Made by a program: the position numbers and the translations under genes. From Vampirovibrionia bacterium (GTDB taxonomy: Bacteria > Cyanobacteriota > Vampirovibrionia > LMEP-6097), in NCBI GenBank assembly GCA_049314535.1, contig JBMOEX010000001.1, positions 404 through 64,403 on the forward strand: a stretch of 64,000 nucleotides of DNA. Direction: 5' to 3'. The notes under the pieces are model-generated. The model had not been told where the DNA came from and made no database searches. It saw only the letters and a program-made list of their open reading frames with translations. Shown one piece after another: positions 18,205 to 27,581 of the stretch (position 1 is the first letter of the stretch; each line of letters begins with the position of its first letter).

Positions 18205-20264
18205 TGCCGATAAGAATACTATCTGATTTGATTGCTAATCAAATTGCTGCAGGTGAAGTAGTAGAAGGGGCTTTATCTGTTGTTAAAGAATTAGTCGAAA
18301 ACAGTATAGATGCTGGAGCTAATTCGATTGCGGTGGAGCTTAGTAAACAGCTTAGATACATTAAAGTTTCGGATAATGGTTCTGGTATTCCAGTAAATGA
18401 ATTACCTTTAGCTTTCACTCGGCATGCGACTAGTAAGATTACAGAAATAGAGGATTTATTTTCTATAGACTCTAATGGCTTTAGAGGAGAGGCTTTAGCG
18501 AGTATAGCTTCTGTAAGTAGAGTTACCTGTATTAGTAAAACTAGATCTGAAGCTGATGCTACAAAATTTTATATAGATGCTGATAGAGAAGAAGTATCCT
18601 CTGTGGGTGCTGGAGTCGGTACTAGTATAGAGGTAGATGAGCTTTTTTATAATACTCCAGCTCGTTTGAAGTTTATGAAGTCTGTGGTAAAAGAGAAGCA
18701 GAATATTATAGATCTGTTAAAAGCCTTTTCTATATTCAATCCTAATGTTTCTTTTGAACTTTTAATTGATGGAAAAACTCAGTTTAAGGTTTTAAAAGAT
18801 CAGCCTTTTAAAGTTACAGCACGTGAATTATTTGGCAAATCTGTATTTGAGCATTTAATTAATTTCGAATATAATACTGGAGCGATTAAAGTTTCAGGCT
18901 ATTTATCAGCTCCAGAGCTGAATCGTAGCGACAAGCGATATTATTTTACTGCGGTAAATAAGCGTATTATTAAATGTAATACGATAAGATCTGCTGTGGA
19001 TAGGGTTTATAAAGATTTATTACCTGTAAAGAAATATCCTATTATCATTATTAATTTAGAGCTGCCGAGCTCAGACGTCGACGTTAATGTACATCCGCGT
19101 AAACAAGAAGTTAAATACTTACACGCTAATGAAGTTTATAGAACTTTAATCACTGCAATTTCTACTGATTTATCTGAGTATTTTTATAAATGTTCAGAAT
19201 ATAAACAGTTAGAGATTTTCAATCCAGTACTAGCAGATTTAGAACCTCATGCTGATTCGGATCTTAGTGGTGAGGAGCGTCCTAGCCTTTTTTCTGAAAG
19301 AGAATATACACCTTCAATACTGAGGAGGACGAATGACCGCAGTGTAATTTCCAGCGATGCCGAGCCTGCAACATCAATTGAAGATTGCGAGCAGTCCCCT
19401 TTGGAGACTGGGGTGAGTGAAAGTGGCATCATGCATCAGTCTCGCTGTGACAGTGATAAAACTTTATCTTTCCTTACAAGGTTCCCATCTATTGAGGTGA
19501 ATTTTATAGAAGGAGATCTTTCTGATTACCTTGAGGGTATTAGCTTTGATGAGCGAGAAGAGAGTTTTAAAATCTTCAGTGCTAATGCTGATCAGTCTTT
19601 TGGGTTTTTAGTAACAGGTAAATTATTTCCAGTCGATGAAAGTATACAGGATTTATATTTAGACTCTTTAGAAGTATTTACGAAGAAGCTGTTAGAGACT
19701 AAATCTGAAGATAATTTACTGTATGCTGAATCTAATTCTTTAAAGGAGTTAGCCATAATGACGGGAGGTACTTCTTTAGATAAACAAGCTGCAACTAAAC
19801 TACTTTCTAAAAAGAAACCAGCGACTAAACTTTCAAGACCTAGTATAAAACCTCCTTTAGGACAGCTTGAAGAGATTTGGGCTAGAGATAATTATTCATG
19901 TGTATACTGTGCTAAAGCACTTATTCATCCTAAGGTGGTGAAGCAGGCTTTACTTAGAGCTGAATCTGAGTCAATCTCTTGGCTGAATGCACGCAATGAA
20001 AAAATTAGCGAGCATTTGATTGAAGCACATAAAGCTTCCTTTGATCATCATTTGCCAGCTTCTAAATTTGCGGTCTTGAATTTAGACTCTCGTAATCTTT
20101 TTGCTACTTGCAGGGAATGTAATCAGAGAAAATCTGCAAGTTTAGCTAGTAAAACTTGGACACCACGGCAAGTAAATTCTTGGGCTAATTTTTCAATTAA
20201 TAATCCCTTAGAGCTAGCTGGAGTAAAATTTATATCAGCGTTAGAGGCGATTTATGATAATTAA
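18204..20264 (+). CDS. mutL: DNA mismatch repair protein MutL with an atypical C-terminal HNH nuclease domain
   Basis: GHKL ATPase N-terminus (..ELVENSIDAGA.., ..DNGSGI.., ..GFRGEAL..) and transducer domain (..VNVHPRKQEV..). The C-terminus has CVYCAK...DHHLPASKF...NLFATCRECNQRKS, which is an HNH motif. An in-frame repeat insert lies in the linker. Confidence 0.8.
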   Translation: MPIRILSDLIANQIAAGEVVEGALSVVKELVENSIDAGANSIAVELSKQLRYIKVSDNGSGIPVNELPLAFTRHATSKITEIEDLFSIDSNGFRGEALASIASVSRVTCISKTRSEADATKFYIDADREEVSSVGAGVGTSIEVDELFYNTPARLKFMKSVVKEKQNIIDLLKAFSIFNPNVSFELLIDGKTQFKVLKDQPFKVTARELFGKSVFEHLINFEYNTGAIKVSGYLSAPELNRSDKRYYFTAVNKRIIKCNTIRSAVDRVYKDLLPVKKYPIIIINLELPSSDVDVNVHPRKQEVKYLHANEVYRTLITAISTDLSEYFYKCSEYKQLEIFNPVLADLEPHADSDLSGEERPSLFSEREYTPSILRRTNDRSVISSDAEPATSIEDCEQSPLETGVSESGIMHQSRCDSDKTLSFLTRFPSIEVNFIEGDLSDYLEGISFDEREESFKIFSANADQSFGFLVTGKLFPVDESIQDLYLDSLEVFTKKLLETKSEDNLLYAESNSLKELAIMTGGTSLDKQAATKLLSKKKPATKLSRPSIKPPLGQLEEIWARDNYSCVYCAKALIHPKVVKQALLRAESESISWLNARNEKISEHLIEAHKASFDHHLPASKFAVLNLDSRNLFATCRECNQRKSASLASKTWTPRQVNSWANFSINNPLELAGVKFISALEAIYDN
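19320..19443. repeat. mosaic repeat element insertion inside the mutL linker region
   Basis: ctgaggaggacgaatgaccgcagtgta (19320..19346) matches the FtsX-permease composite element, where it encodes LRRTNDR(N/S)V. A further hairpin follows at 19404..19443: gagactgg...cagtctc. Confidence 0.6.
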
Positions 20265-23200
20265 GCTAATAGCCTATCTTTGTTTTTTTTTAAGTGGCTT
20301 TGCTGCACTGGTACATGAGCTTTCTTGGTCACGTATTTTAAAGCAGGTTTTTATTTCTGAATCACTAAGCACGGCTTTAGTTTTAATAATTTTTTTTGGT
20401 GGCATCGCTATAGGTTCTTATTTAGCTGCAGCTTTAAGTAAATTCTTTTATCCAGCTAAGAGTTCCTATGCCTCTTTGTTTATTTTTAGTATTTTAAATT
20501 TAGTTTTAGCTTTTTTAACTTATTTAACTGGTAATTTCTTTAATCCAGAGCATTTATTTTCTTCATTAATGTTAGCCCCTATTTCCATACTCTTGGGTAG
20601 CTTATTTCCATTATTGAGTAATTTCTATGTTGCGTATCGTGAAAATAATACTGAGAAATCTAATACAGTCTCCAAAGTATATTTTGTGAATACCTTTGCT
20701 GGATTGCTTGCTATTTTTTTTGTGATTTTCTTTGCTTTTAAACAGCTTGGTTTAAAGCTTACCCTGCATAATCTTGCGATTCTACATCTTTCTATATTTA
20801 TTCTAAGCTTTTTGCCATCTCTATTTAATATCAAGGCTGTAGTCGTTGAGATTTTTGAGTCGATTAAAATATTTACTTTAAATCTTAGTTTACATAGTCC
20901 TAAAAATCAATTATCAAAAGCTTTCGATGACGATAATGTAGAAGATGAAACTCTTTTGAATATTGAGACTCAAGGATCTAAGGTATTGCTGTGGCTTAGC
21001 TTTGCCTTTGGTTTTATTTTATTGGGGCTTGAGCTTGTCTGGATGAGAGCTTTTAGTCTTATTCTAGCTAGTTCAGTTTACTCTTTTGCTATGGTTCTTG
21101 CGGCAGTTATATTTGGTCTTGCTTTAGGAACTTTTATATTCTACTTAGTAGCTAAACCTCTTAAACTCAGTCAGGGAAATAGTTTTGAAGATGATATTGA
21201 GCATATTAATTGGCTTGTGTTGCTTTTGGCAGCCTTAATTTTCATCAGTTCATTTAGCTTTAAATCCCTTACAGGTACTTATTTATATTTAATAGATTCG
21301 GTGGGATTTTTATTGAATGATTTTCATCGAGAGGATTTATATAAAACTGCTTTGAGTTTTATGAAATTTATACTAGCTGGTATAGTTGTGGTGCCAGTTT
21401 CTGCGACTATAGCTTTTGCTAGTACCTATTTATTACAGATATTTACCTACAGTGATTATCTGAACGATAGATATAGAGTGCTTAATGCAGGTGCTAATAT
21501 CGGTAAAGTTTTTTCTATTAATACTCTTGGTGGTATTCTTGGTTCTTTTGTTACAGTTTTCTTTTTTATTCCTTCGCTAGATGGTGGTCTTAATCAGTGT
21601 TTCCTGATATTTAATTTAATAGCTTTACTTACTTTAGCGATTACTCTTAGTTTTTCTAAAGAGAAACAGTATTTTTTATTTTTTATTGCAGCTTTGTGTT
21701 TCATAGCTTTGATTCTTTTAAAGCCGAATTTTATTACAGCTAGAACAGCTAGTGGAGCAGAGCTCTATTATGCATTAAAGTACAGAGGTGAGCAAGGATA
21801 TTATGTAGATGACACTCAGGAAGAGGTTTTGTTTCATCAAGATGGGCTCTATTCTACAGTAACCGTTATTAAAGATAGTTTCGCTAATACTATTTATTTG
21901 AAAAATAATGCAAAAGTTGAAGCTGGTATCCCAATTGAGGATGAGATATTCTCAGCAGCTGATATGCAAACGCAAGTTTTACTAGGTGTCGCTCCTAAGT
22001 ATTTTAAAGATGAGTTTAATAATATTTTACTTATTGGAATGGGCTCTGGGATTACTTTAGACTCACTTGCGATGATTAGTGGTGATGCTAAACTATGCGT
22101 GGCGGAGATAGAGGATCTAGTCTTTAAGGCGGCTGATAAATTCTTTTCTCAGGCTTGGCAAGCTATTCCAGATAAGAAAATTACTAGATATAGGGGTAAT
22201 GCTCGCTCGCTGATTAAATCATCTAAAGAAAAATATGATTTAATCGTTTCACAGCCTTCTGATCCTTGGCTATCAGCAGATATGTTTACTGATGAATTCT
22301 GGAAATTAGCTCATAGTAAGCTTTCTAAAGATGGAATTTTTGTCCAGTGGTTGCAGCTTTATTCTTTAGAGCCTAAGTATCTTTTACTGACTTTAAATAC
22401 CCTGAAGCATAATTTTAAACATTTACTAGTAATTCATCCGCCACGTACTGCTGAAATTATAATACTTGCTAGTGATAAGGATTTTCGCTTTAGAGATTTT
22501 AATGTAGATAAATATCCTTATTTGAAAACCAGTCTGAATCGAGTTTCTATACATAATTCAGCAGACTTTATGGCAAATATTATGCTTGCACCGAAAGATG
22601 TGAAAAATTTATTAGTAGTTGAAGTTCCTCGCCTGGATTTGCCTGCACCGATGTTGAATAATTCTAATAATTCTTTACTTGAGTTTCATACAGCTGAAAA
22701 TTTTTATAAGTTTTCAGAAACTATTAATCAAAATTTACAGGCATTAACATCTTATGTATCTTTCGAACATATTTTATCTTTAGCTAAATATAATTCTGAG
22801 TCTGAGAAAATAGCTTTAGTTCAGGCTTTAAGAGCTAATTACCAAAAGAGTTTATCAGGCCAGTCTTTAAAAACACGGGCTTCTTTTTATAAGAATAAGC
22901 TTTATACACAGTCTTTAAGTTCTGGGACTATTCCCTTGCTAAGTGAGGAGGATGAACTGGAAGATACTTTGGTTTTAAAAACTGCTTCAGAGGCTGATGC
23001 TGAGTATAAATTAAAAGAGGATCAGTTAATAAAAGAAAAATTATTAAAGGAAGAGGCTTTGAAAAAGCAGTTGGAGATTGATTCTAATTTATCGGAAGAA
23101 GAGAAGAAAAAAAGAAAAGAGCTTGAGGCAGAGGAAGATATAGAAGTTCAAGATATTGAAATAGTGCATAAACCACTAAATATTTCATCTGCTGATGAAA

Positions 23201-23595
23201 AGAACTATAAGAGTCTTTTAGGGATTGGGGTTAAGAATTTCGAGCAGGGTTTTTATGACGATGCTGAAAAGAATTTTAGAACCGCATTGAAAATAGATCC
23301 TAATTTGGATCAAGCTTATTTATATTTAGCTCAGATAAAGCTTTTAATGAAGGATGATAACAAGTTTCTGGAATATATAAATTATTGCCTCAGAATAAAT
23401 CCTTTTAACGTAAAAGCTCTGTATCTAGCTGCTGATTATAATTACAGCTTTGCATCATTAGCTAAGGCGACTTTTTATGTAGATAGATTATTCATGGATA
23501 CTGACTATAAAACTAAACTAACGGCTGATGAGATAAATAAACTCATGAAGATTAGGAAGAAGCTAGCAGAGATTTTAGAGAAAAATCACCCTTAG
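20254..23595 (+). CDS. large polytopic membrane protein with spermidine-synthase-like domain and C-terminal TPR repeats
   Basis: 1113 aa, with at least 12 hydrophobic segments. A SpeE-like motif (..DLIVSQPSDPW..) sits mid-protein. A Lys/Glu-rich coiled region and TPR-like repeats lie at the C-terminus. 11-nt overlap with mutL. Confidence 0.65.
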   Translation: MIIKLIAYLCFFLSGFAALVHELSWSRILKQVFISESLSTALVLIIFFGGIAIGSYLAAALSKFFYPAKSSYASLFIFSILNLVLAFLTYLTGNFFNPEHLFSSLMLAPISILLGSLFPLLSNFYVAYRENNTEKSNTVSKVYFVNTFAGLLAIFFVIFFAFKQLGLKLTLHNLAILHLSIFILSFLPSLFNIKAVVVEIFESIKIFTLNLSLHSPKNQLSKAFDDDNVEDETLLNIETQGSKVLLWLSFAFGFILLGLELVWMRAFSLILASSVYSFAMVLAAVIFGLALGTFIFYLVAKPLKLSQGNSFEDDIEHINWLVLLLAALIFISSFSFKSLTGTYLYLIDSVGFLLNDFHREDLYKTALSFMKFILAGIVVVPVSATIAFASTYLLQIFTYSDYLNDRYRVLNAGANIGKVFSINTLGGILGSFVTVFFFIPSLDGGLNQCFLIFNLIALLTLAITLSFSKEKQYFLFFIAALCFIALILLKPNFITARTASGAELYYALKYRGEQGYYVDDTQEEVLFHQDGLYSTVTVIKDSFANTIYLKNNAKVEAGIPIEDEIFSAADMQTQVLLGVAPKYFKDEFNNILLIGMGSGITLDSLAMISGDAKLCVAEIEDLVFKAADKFFSQAWQAIPDKKITRYRGNARSLIKSSKEKYDLIVSQPSDPWLSADMFTDEFWKLAHSKLSKDGIFVQWLQLYSLEPKYLLLTLNTLKHNFKHLLVIHPPRTAEIIILASDKDFRFRDFNVDKYPYLKTSLNRVSIHNSADFMANIMLAPKDVKNLLVVEVPRLDLPAPMLNNSNNSLLEFHTAENFYKFSETINQNLQALTSYVSFEHILSLAKYNSESEKIALVQALRANYQKSLSGQSLKTRASFYKNKLYTQSLSSGTIPLLSEEDELEDTLVLKTASEADAEYKLKEDQLIKEKLLKEEALKKQLEIDSNLSEEEKKKRKELEAEEDIEVQDIEIVHKPLNISSADEKNYKSLLGIGVKNFEQGFYDDAEKNFRTALKIDPNLDQAYLYLAQIKLLMKDDNKFLEYINYCLRINPFNVKALYLAADYNYSFASLAKATFYVDRLFMDTDYKTKLTADEINKLMKIRKKLAEILEKNHP

Positions 23596-23690
23596 AGACC
23601 ACTGCACAACTCCATTTTCTGCGTTTTCGTTGTGCAGCGGTCTCTCATGCACAACGTGCAGTTTCTGCGTTTTCGTTTTCTGCGTTTTGA
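23595..23690. repeat. palindromic element plus degenerate tandem sub-repeats between the convergent speE-like and clpC 3' ends
   Basis: gagaccactgcacaac-tccattttctgcgttttc-gttgtgcagcggtctc at 23595..23644, overlapping the TAG stop. Then come further copies of the ttctgcgttttcg unit (..gtttctgcgttttcgttttctgcgttttg..). Confidence 0.7.
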
Positions 23691-23699
23691 TCGGAGCTT

Positions 23700-26429
23700 T
23701 TACCCAGCTCTATTACCAACAGGCTCACCGCCACCAGTCTCAGAACCTACTCCACCACCTGTTCCGTTAAGACCAAGAGCTTTCTTTTTCTTTTTAATAG
23801 TAGATCTTTTTAGTTCTTCCTGTTTTTCTGGAGGTAGTTTACCTGTAACTCTAAATTTAATTTGAGCTTTAACTAAAGCTTGTCTCTTATCAGCATCTTT
23901 AGTCTCTTCAGTTACATCCTCTGGTTTTTCATAAATTTTATCTTTAGGAAACTCTGCTTCGAAAATTACATAGGCTTCGATCTCGTCTCCATCAGTATGT
24001 TCGCCATTGATGAGAGAATCTGAAATCGGATCTTCAAGAAGCTTCTGTATAGTTCTCTTCATCGGTCTTGCACCATAAGTTCTGTTATAACCTTCAGTCG
24101 AGACTTTATCTTTAACTTCATCTGTAAGAGTAATAGTCATACCTTTCTCTTTCAGTCTGCTTTCTAGATCTTTTTTCATGATATCGACTATCTTACGCAT
24201 ATCAGTACGAGTTAAGTGTTTAAATATAACGATATCATCAAGCCTGTTCAAGAACTCCGGTCTAAATGCACGTTTCATTTCTTCCATTACGGCATCTTTC
24301 ATGCGTTTATATTTTTCATCTTCAGCTTGCTCTTCAGTATTAGAAGCGAAGAAACCTACACCAAAATCACTGTTCATGCGCTGAGCACCTACGTTAGAGG
24401 TCATGATAATAATAGTATTTTTAAAGCTAACTTTACGTCCTTTACTATCAGTTAAATGACCGTCATCTAACATCTGTAACATAACGTTAAATACGTCAGG
24501 GTGAGCCTTCTCTATTTCATCGAAAAGTACTACGCTGTAAGGCTTTCTACGAACGGCTTCAGTTAATTGACCGCCATCGCCGTAACCAACATATCCAGGA
24601 GGTGAACCTATAAGCTTACTTACAGTGTGCTTTTCCATGTACTCAGACATGTCCACTCTGATTAAATTATCAGCACTGCCGAAATAATAATCAGCAAGAA
24701 CTTTAGCTAGCTCAGTCTTACCTACACCAGTAGGACCGCAGAACACAAAAGAACCTATCGGTCTTTCTGGATTTTTCAATCCCGCTCTAGCTCTTCTAAT
24801 AGCTTTAGAAACAGCTGTAACAGCTGAGTCTTGACCTATAATTTTGCCATGAAGAGTATCTTCCATCTGTCTTAGCTTGTCATTCTCTCCAGCTTTTAAA
24901 TCACCAACAGGAATCCCAGTCCAGCTAGCCACTATTTCAGCTATTTCTTCCTCGCCGACAGTAGGTTTATTTTTTTCTTGCTCTCTTCTCCACTCTTCTT
25001 GGAGACTACGAATTTTTTCTCTAATATTATTTTCTTGATCTCTGAGCTGTGAAGCTTTTTCAAATTCTTGCTGACGAATAGCTTCTTCTTTTTGTCTTGA
25101 AATAGTAACTAATTCATCTTCGTATTTTTTAGCTTCTGGTGGTAAACCACTAGCCTTAAGTCTTACTCGAGAACTAGCTTCATCTATAAGATCTATAGCT
25201 TTATCTGGTAAATGTCTATCGAAAATATATCTATCAGATAATCTAGCAGCAGCTTCTACAGCAGCATCAGTGATAATTAGGCGATGATGCTCTTCATATT
25301 TCTGTCTTAGACCAATAATGATCTGAATAGTCTCTTCTACAGAAGGAGAGTCTATAATTACAGGCTGAAAGCGTCTCTCTAGAGCAGCATCTCTTTCTAT
25401 ATGCTTACGATATTCTTCTAAAGTAGTAGTACCGATACATTGAAGCTCTCCACGAGCGAGTGCTGGTTTTAAAATATTTGCTGCATCTATAGCACCTTCA
25501 GCTGCTCCAGCTCCTATTAAAGTATGTAGCTCATCTATGACTAACATCATATTTCCAGCAGTACGGATTTCATCCATTATTTTTTTAAGTCTTTCTTCAA
25601 ATTCGCCTCTATATTTAGTTCCAGCGACTAAAAGACCTAAATCTAAAACGATTAATTTTTTACCAACTAAAATATCTGGTACATCATTCGCTACTATTTT
25701 TTGAGCTAAGCCCTCAGCTACAGCAGTTTTACCTACACCAGGTTCACCGATTAATACAGGATTATTCTTGGTTCTTCTACCTAATATTTGAATTACTCTT
25801 TCTATTTCCTCAGCACGCCCAATAACAGGATCTAATCTACCTTCGGCAGCAGCTAAAGTGAGATCTGTACCAAATTCATCTAAAGTAGGTGTTCTAGTTC
25901 TAGTATTTTGGTTAGCGTTTTTATTAGAACCCACTCCGAGTAAAGAATTATTAGTACTACTACCAGAACCACCAGTAGCAGTAGAGTTAGAACCTGATTC
26001 ACCAAGTAATCTAATAATATGCTGTCTAACTTTAGCTAAATCTACACCTAAATTATCTAAAACTCTCGCAGCGACTCCTTCACCTTCTCTGATTAAGCCT
26101 AGTAAAAGGTGCTCCGTACCTATATAGTTATGTCCGAACTGCCTAGCTTCATCCCAGCTTAATTCTAAAACCCATTTAGCTCTAGGTGTAAATGGAATTT
26201 CAACTGCTACGAAACCTGAGCCTCTACCTATAATTTTTTCCACTTCGATGCGGGCGTCTTTTAAGTTCACTCCCATGGATTTTAGGGTTTTAGCTGCTAC
26301 ACCAGTTCCTTCTCCGATAAGTCCGAGCAATATCTGCTCGGTACCAACGAAATTATGACCAAGTCTTCTAGCTTCTTCTTGAGCTAGCATTATGACTTTT
26401 ATCGCCTTCTCTGTAAATCTTTCAAACAT
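23700..26429 (-). CDS. clpC: ATP-dependent Clp protease ATP-binding subunit ClpC, with low-complexity linker insertion and extended C-terminal tail
   Basis: 909 aa, with two N-terminal Clp_N repeats. Both AAA+ modules carry Walker A/B motifs ([16 protein letters not shown]). A UVR-like middle domain is present. The C-terminal extension of about 75 aa is Lys-rich then Gly-rich. Confidence 0.9.
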   Translation of the reverse strand: MFERFTEKAIKVIMLAQEEARRLGHNFVGTEQILLGLIGEGTGVAAKTLKSMGVNLKDARIEVEKIIGRGSGFVAVEIPFTPRAKWVLELSWDEARQFGHNYIGTEHLLLGLIREGEGVAARVLDNLGVDLAKVRQHIIRLLGESGSNSTATGGSGSSTNNSLLGVGSNKNANQNTRTRTPTLDEFGTDLTLAAAEGRLDPVIGRAEEIERVIQILGRRTKNNPVLIGEPGVGKTAVAEGLAQKIVANDVPDILVGKKLIVLDLGLLVAGTKYRGEFEERLKKIMDEIRTAGNMMLVIDELHTLIGAGAAEGAIDAANILKPALARGELQCIGTTTLEEYRKHIERDAALERRFQPVIIDSPSVEETIQIIIGLRQKYEEHHRLIITDAAVEAAARLSDRYIFDRHLPDKAIDLIDEASSRVRLKASGLPPEAKKYEDELVTISRQKEEAIRQQEFEKASQLRDQENNIREKIRSLQEEWRREQEKNKPTVGEEEIAEIVASWTGIPVGDLKAGENDKLRQMEDTLHGKIIGQDSAVTAVSKAIRRARAGLKNPERPIGSFVFCGPTGVGKTELAKVLADYYFGSADNLIRVDMSEYMEKHTVSKLIGSPPGYVGYGDGGQLTEAVRRKPYSVVLFDEIEKAHPDVFNVMLQMLDDGHLTDSKGRKVSFKNTIIIMTSNVGAQRMNSDFGVGFFASNTEEQAEDEKYKRMKDAVMEEMKRAFRPEFLNRLDDIVIFKHLTRTDMRKIVDIMKKDLESRLKEKGMTITLTDEVKDKVSTEGYNRTYGARPMKRTIQKLLEDPISDSLINGEHTDGDEIEAYVIFEAEFPKDKIYEKPEDVTEETKDADKRQALVKAQIKFRVTGKLPPEKQEELKRSTIKKKKKALGLNGTGGGVGSETGGGEPVGNRAG

Positions 26430-26545
26430 ATATAGTGCGTTAAGCTTTGCTAGTTAGTATCTTACCACCAATTCTAAAGCAGGTATCAAATCAACTTACT
26501 TAGAGTGATTTAAATTATCAGAATTTAAGAAAGTCTAAATTAATG

Positions 26546-26584
26546 AAAAACAGTGAACCAAAGTTATTCTGGTTCACTGTTTTT
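26546..26584 (-). terminator. bidirectional intrinsic terminator downstream of the LuxR-family gene
   Basis: aaaaacagtgaacca-aagttattc-tggttcactgttttt. 10-bp perfect stem with A/T runs on both sides. Confidence 0.55.
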
Positions 26585-26605
26585 ACGGGTGTGTGTTAGG
26601 GAAAT

Positions 26606-27310
26606 TTAGATGGAGACAGTTGCTTTCATTAGACCTTCTAAGTCATGTTTTAGAGCGTAAAGTACGGCCTGAGTTCTATCGTTAACTTGAAGTTTCGTAA
26701 AGACGTTGTTGATGTGAGTCTTTACAGTCGATTCAGAGATGAATAGAGTTTTAGCAACTGATTTATAGTTAAAGCCTTCGCATAAATACTTTAATACTTC
26801 TGCTTCTCTTTCAGTTAATAGTTCTAAATTCGCATAGTTAGTCTCATTAGAAGTAAGAACTGATCTATTTGTACTTAATGTCGTTTTAATAGCTTGGTTT
26901 AAAACAAAGTCTATAAATAGTTGGCATGCCTCAGCTGCTTCTATAGCAAGTGACATAGTTCTCTCAGCTCTTTCACTTAGTAACCATGCACTAATATTTT
27001 TAGCGAAATAGATGTCAAACATTGAAGCTTCTTCAATACTTCTAGATATAAAGATTACTCTAGTATTAGGAGAGCTCATAGCTACCATATTTAGTAGGTC
27101 TGCTGTAGATCTTTCACCTGGTAATTCGCTAGACATAACGATAATATTTGGTTTGTTGAAATTTAAGTGTTGGATTAAAGCCTCTTGATAATCTACTCTT
27201 TCGATTTTATTAAAGCCAGCCATGTTTAGTTCTTTTGTAATTTGAACAGTTGACTGTACTGGGCTTAATGCGATAATCGCTTCTCTAGTTAGGCTTTGGT
27301 GTTTAATCAT
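26606..27310 (-). CDS. LuxR/GerE-family transcriptional regulator with a degenerate (pseudo-)receiver domain
   Basis: C-terminal HTH ..EREAEVLKYLCEGFNYKSVAKTLFISESTVKTHINNVFTKL.. . The N-terminal receiver-like fold lacks the acidic pocket (IIALSP in place of DD, and VMSSELPG in place of the phospho-Asp). Confidence 0.65.
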   Translation of the reverse strand: MIKHQSLTREAIIALSPVQSTVQITKELNMAGFNKIERVDYQEALIQHLNFNKPNIIVMSSELPGERSTADLLNMVAMSSPNTRVIFISRSIEEASMFDIYFAKNISAWLLSERAERTMSLAIEAAEACQLFIDFVLNQAIKTTLSTNRSVLTSNETNYANLELLTEREAEVLKYLCEGFNYKSVAKTLFISESTVKTHINNVFTKLQVNDRTQAVLYALKHDLEGLMKATVSI

Positions 27311-27581
27311 TTATGGTGCTCCTCTTTTCCTTTTTCCTCTTTAGTGACTTTGTTTTAGTCCTTTAGTTCTCGCACTTACGATATAGGCCAATAAGCGAAG
27401 AGGATAATAGGGGGAACCCCAGTTCAAAAATGAAAATTTAAACTACATAATTAATATATCGGCTACTTTCTGGAAAACTTTAGCTTTTTTTTGAAAATTT
27501 TTAAAAAATTTTTTGATTTTAATTAGTCCATTTACTTTAAAGCTTGCAAAGACTTAGAATAGTTAGCATAGTTGTAACTAT

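Noticed and set aside
23620-23690. Tandem TTCTGCGTTTTCG units considered as a possible CRISPR array
   Set aside because: Units are 13-15 nt with no spacers and are degenerate. They are part of the palindromic element family, with no cas genes nearby.
23632-23865. 77-aa plus-strand ORF over the repeat array and clpC tail
   Set aside because: It is antisense to the clpC C-terminus and reads through the degenerate tandem repeats (..FLRFRFLRF..). It is an artefact of the repeat.
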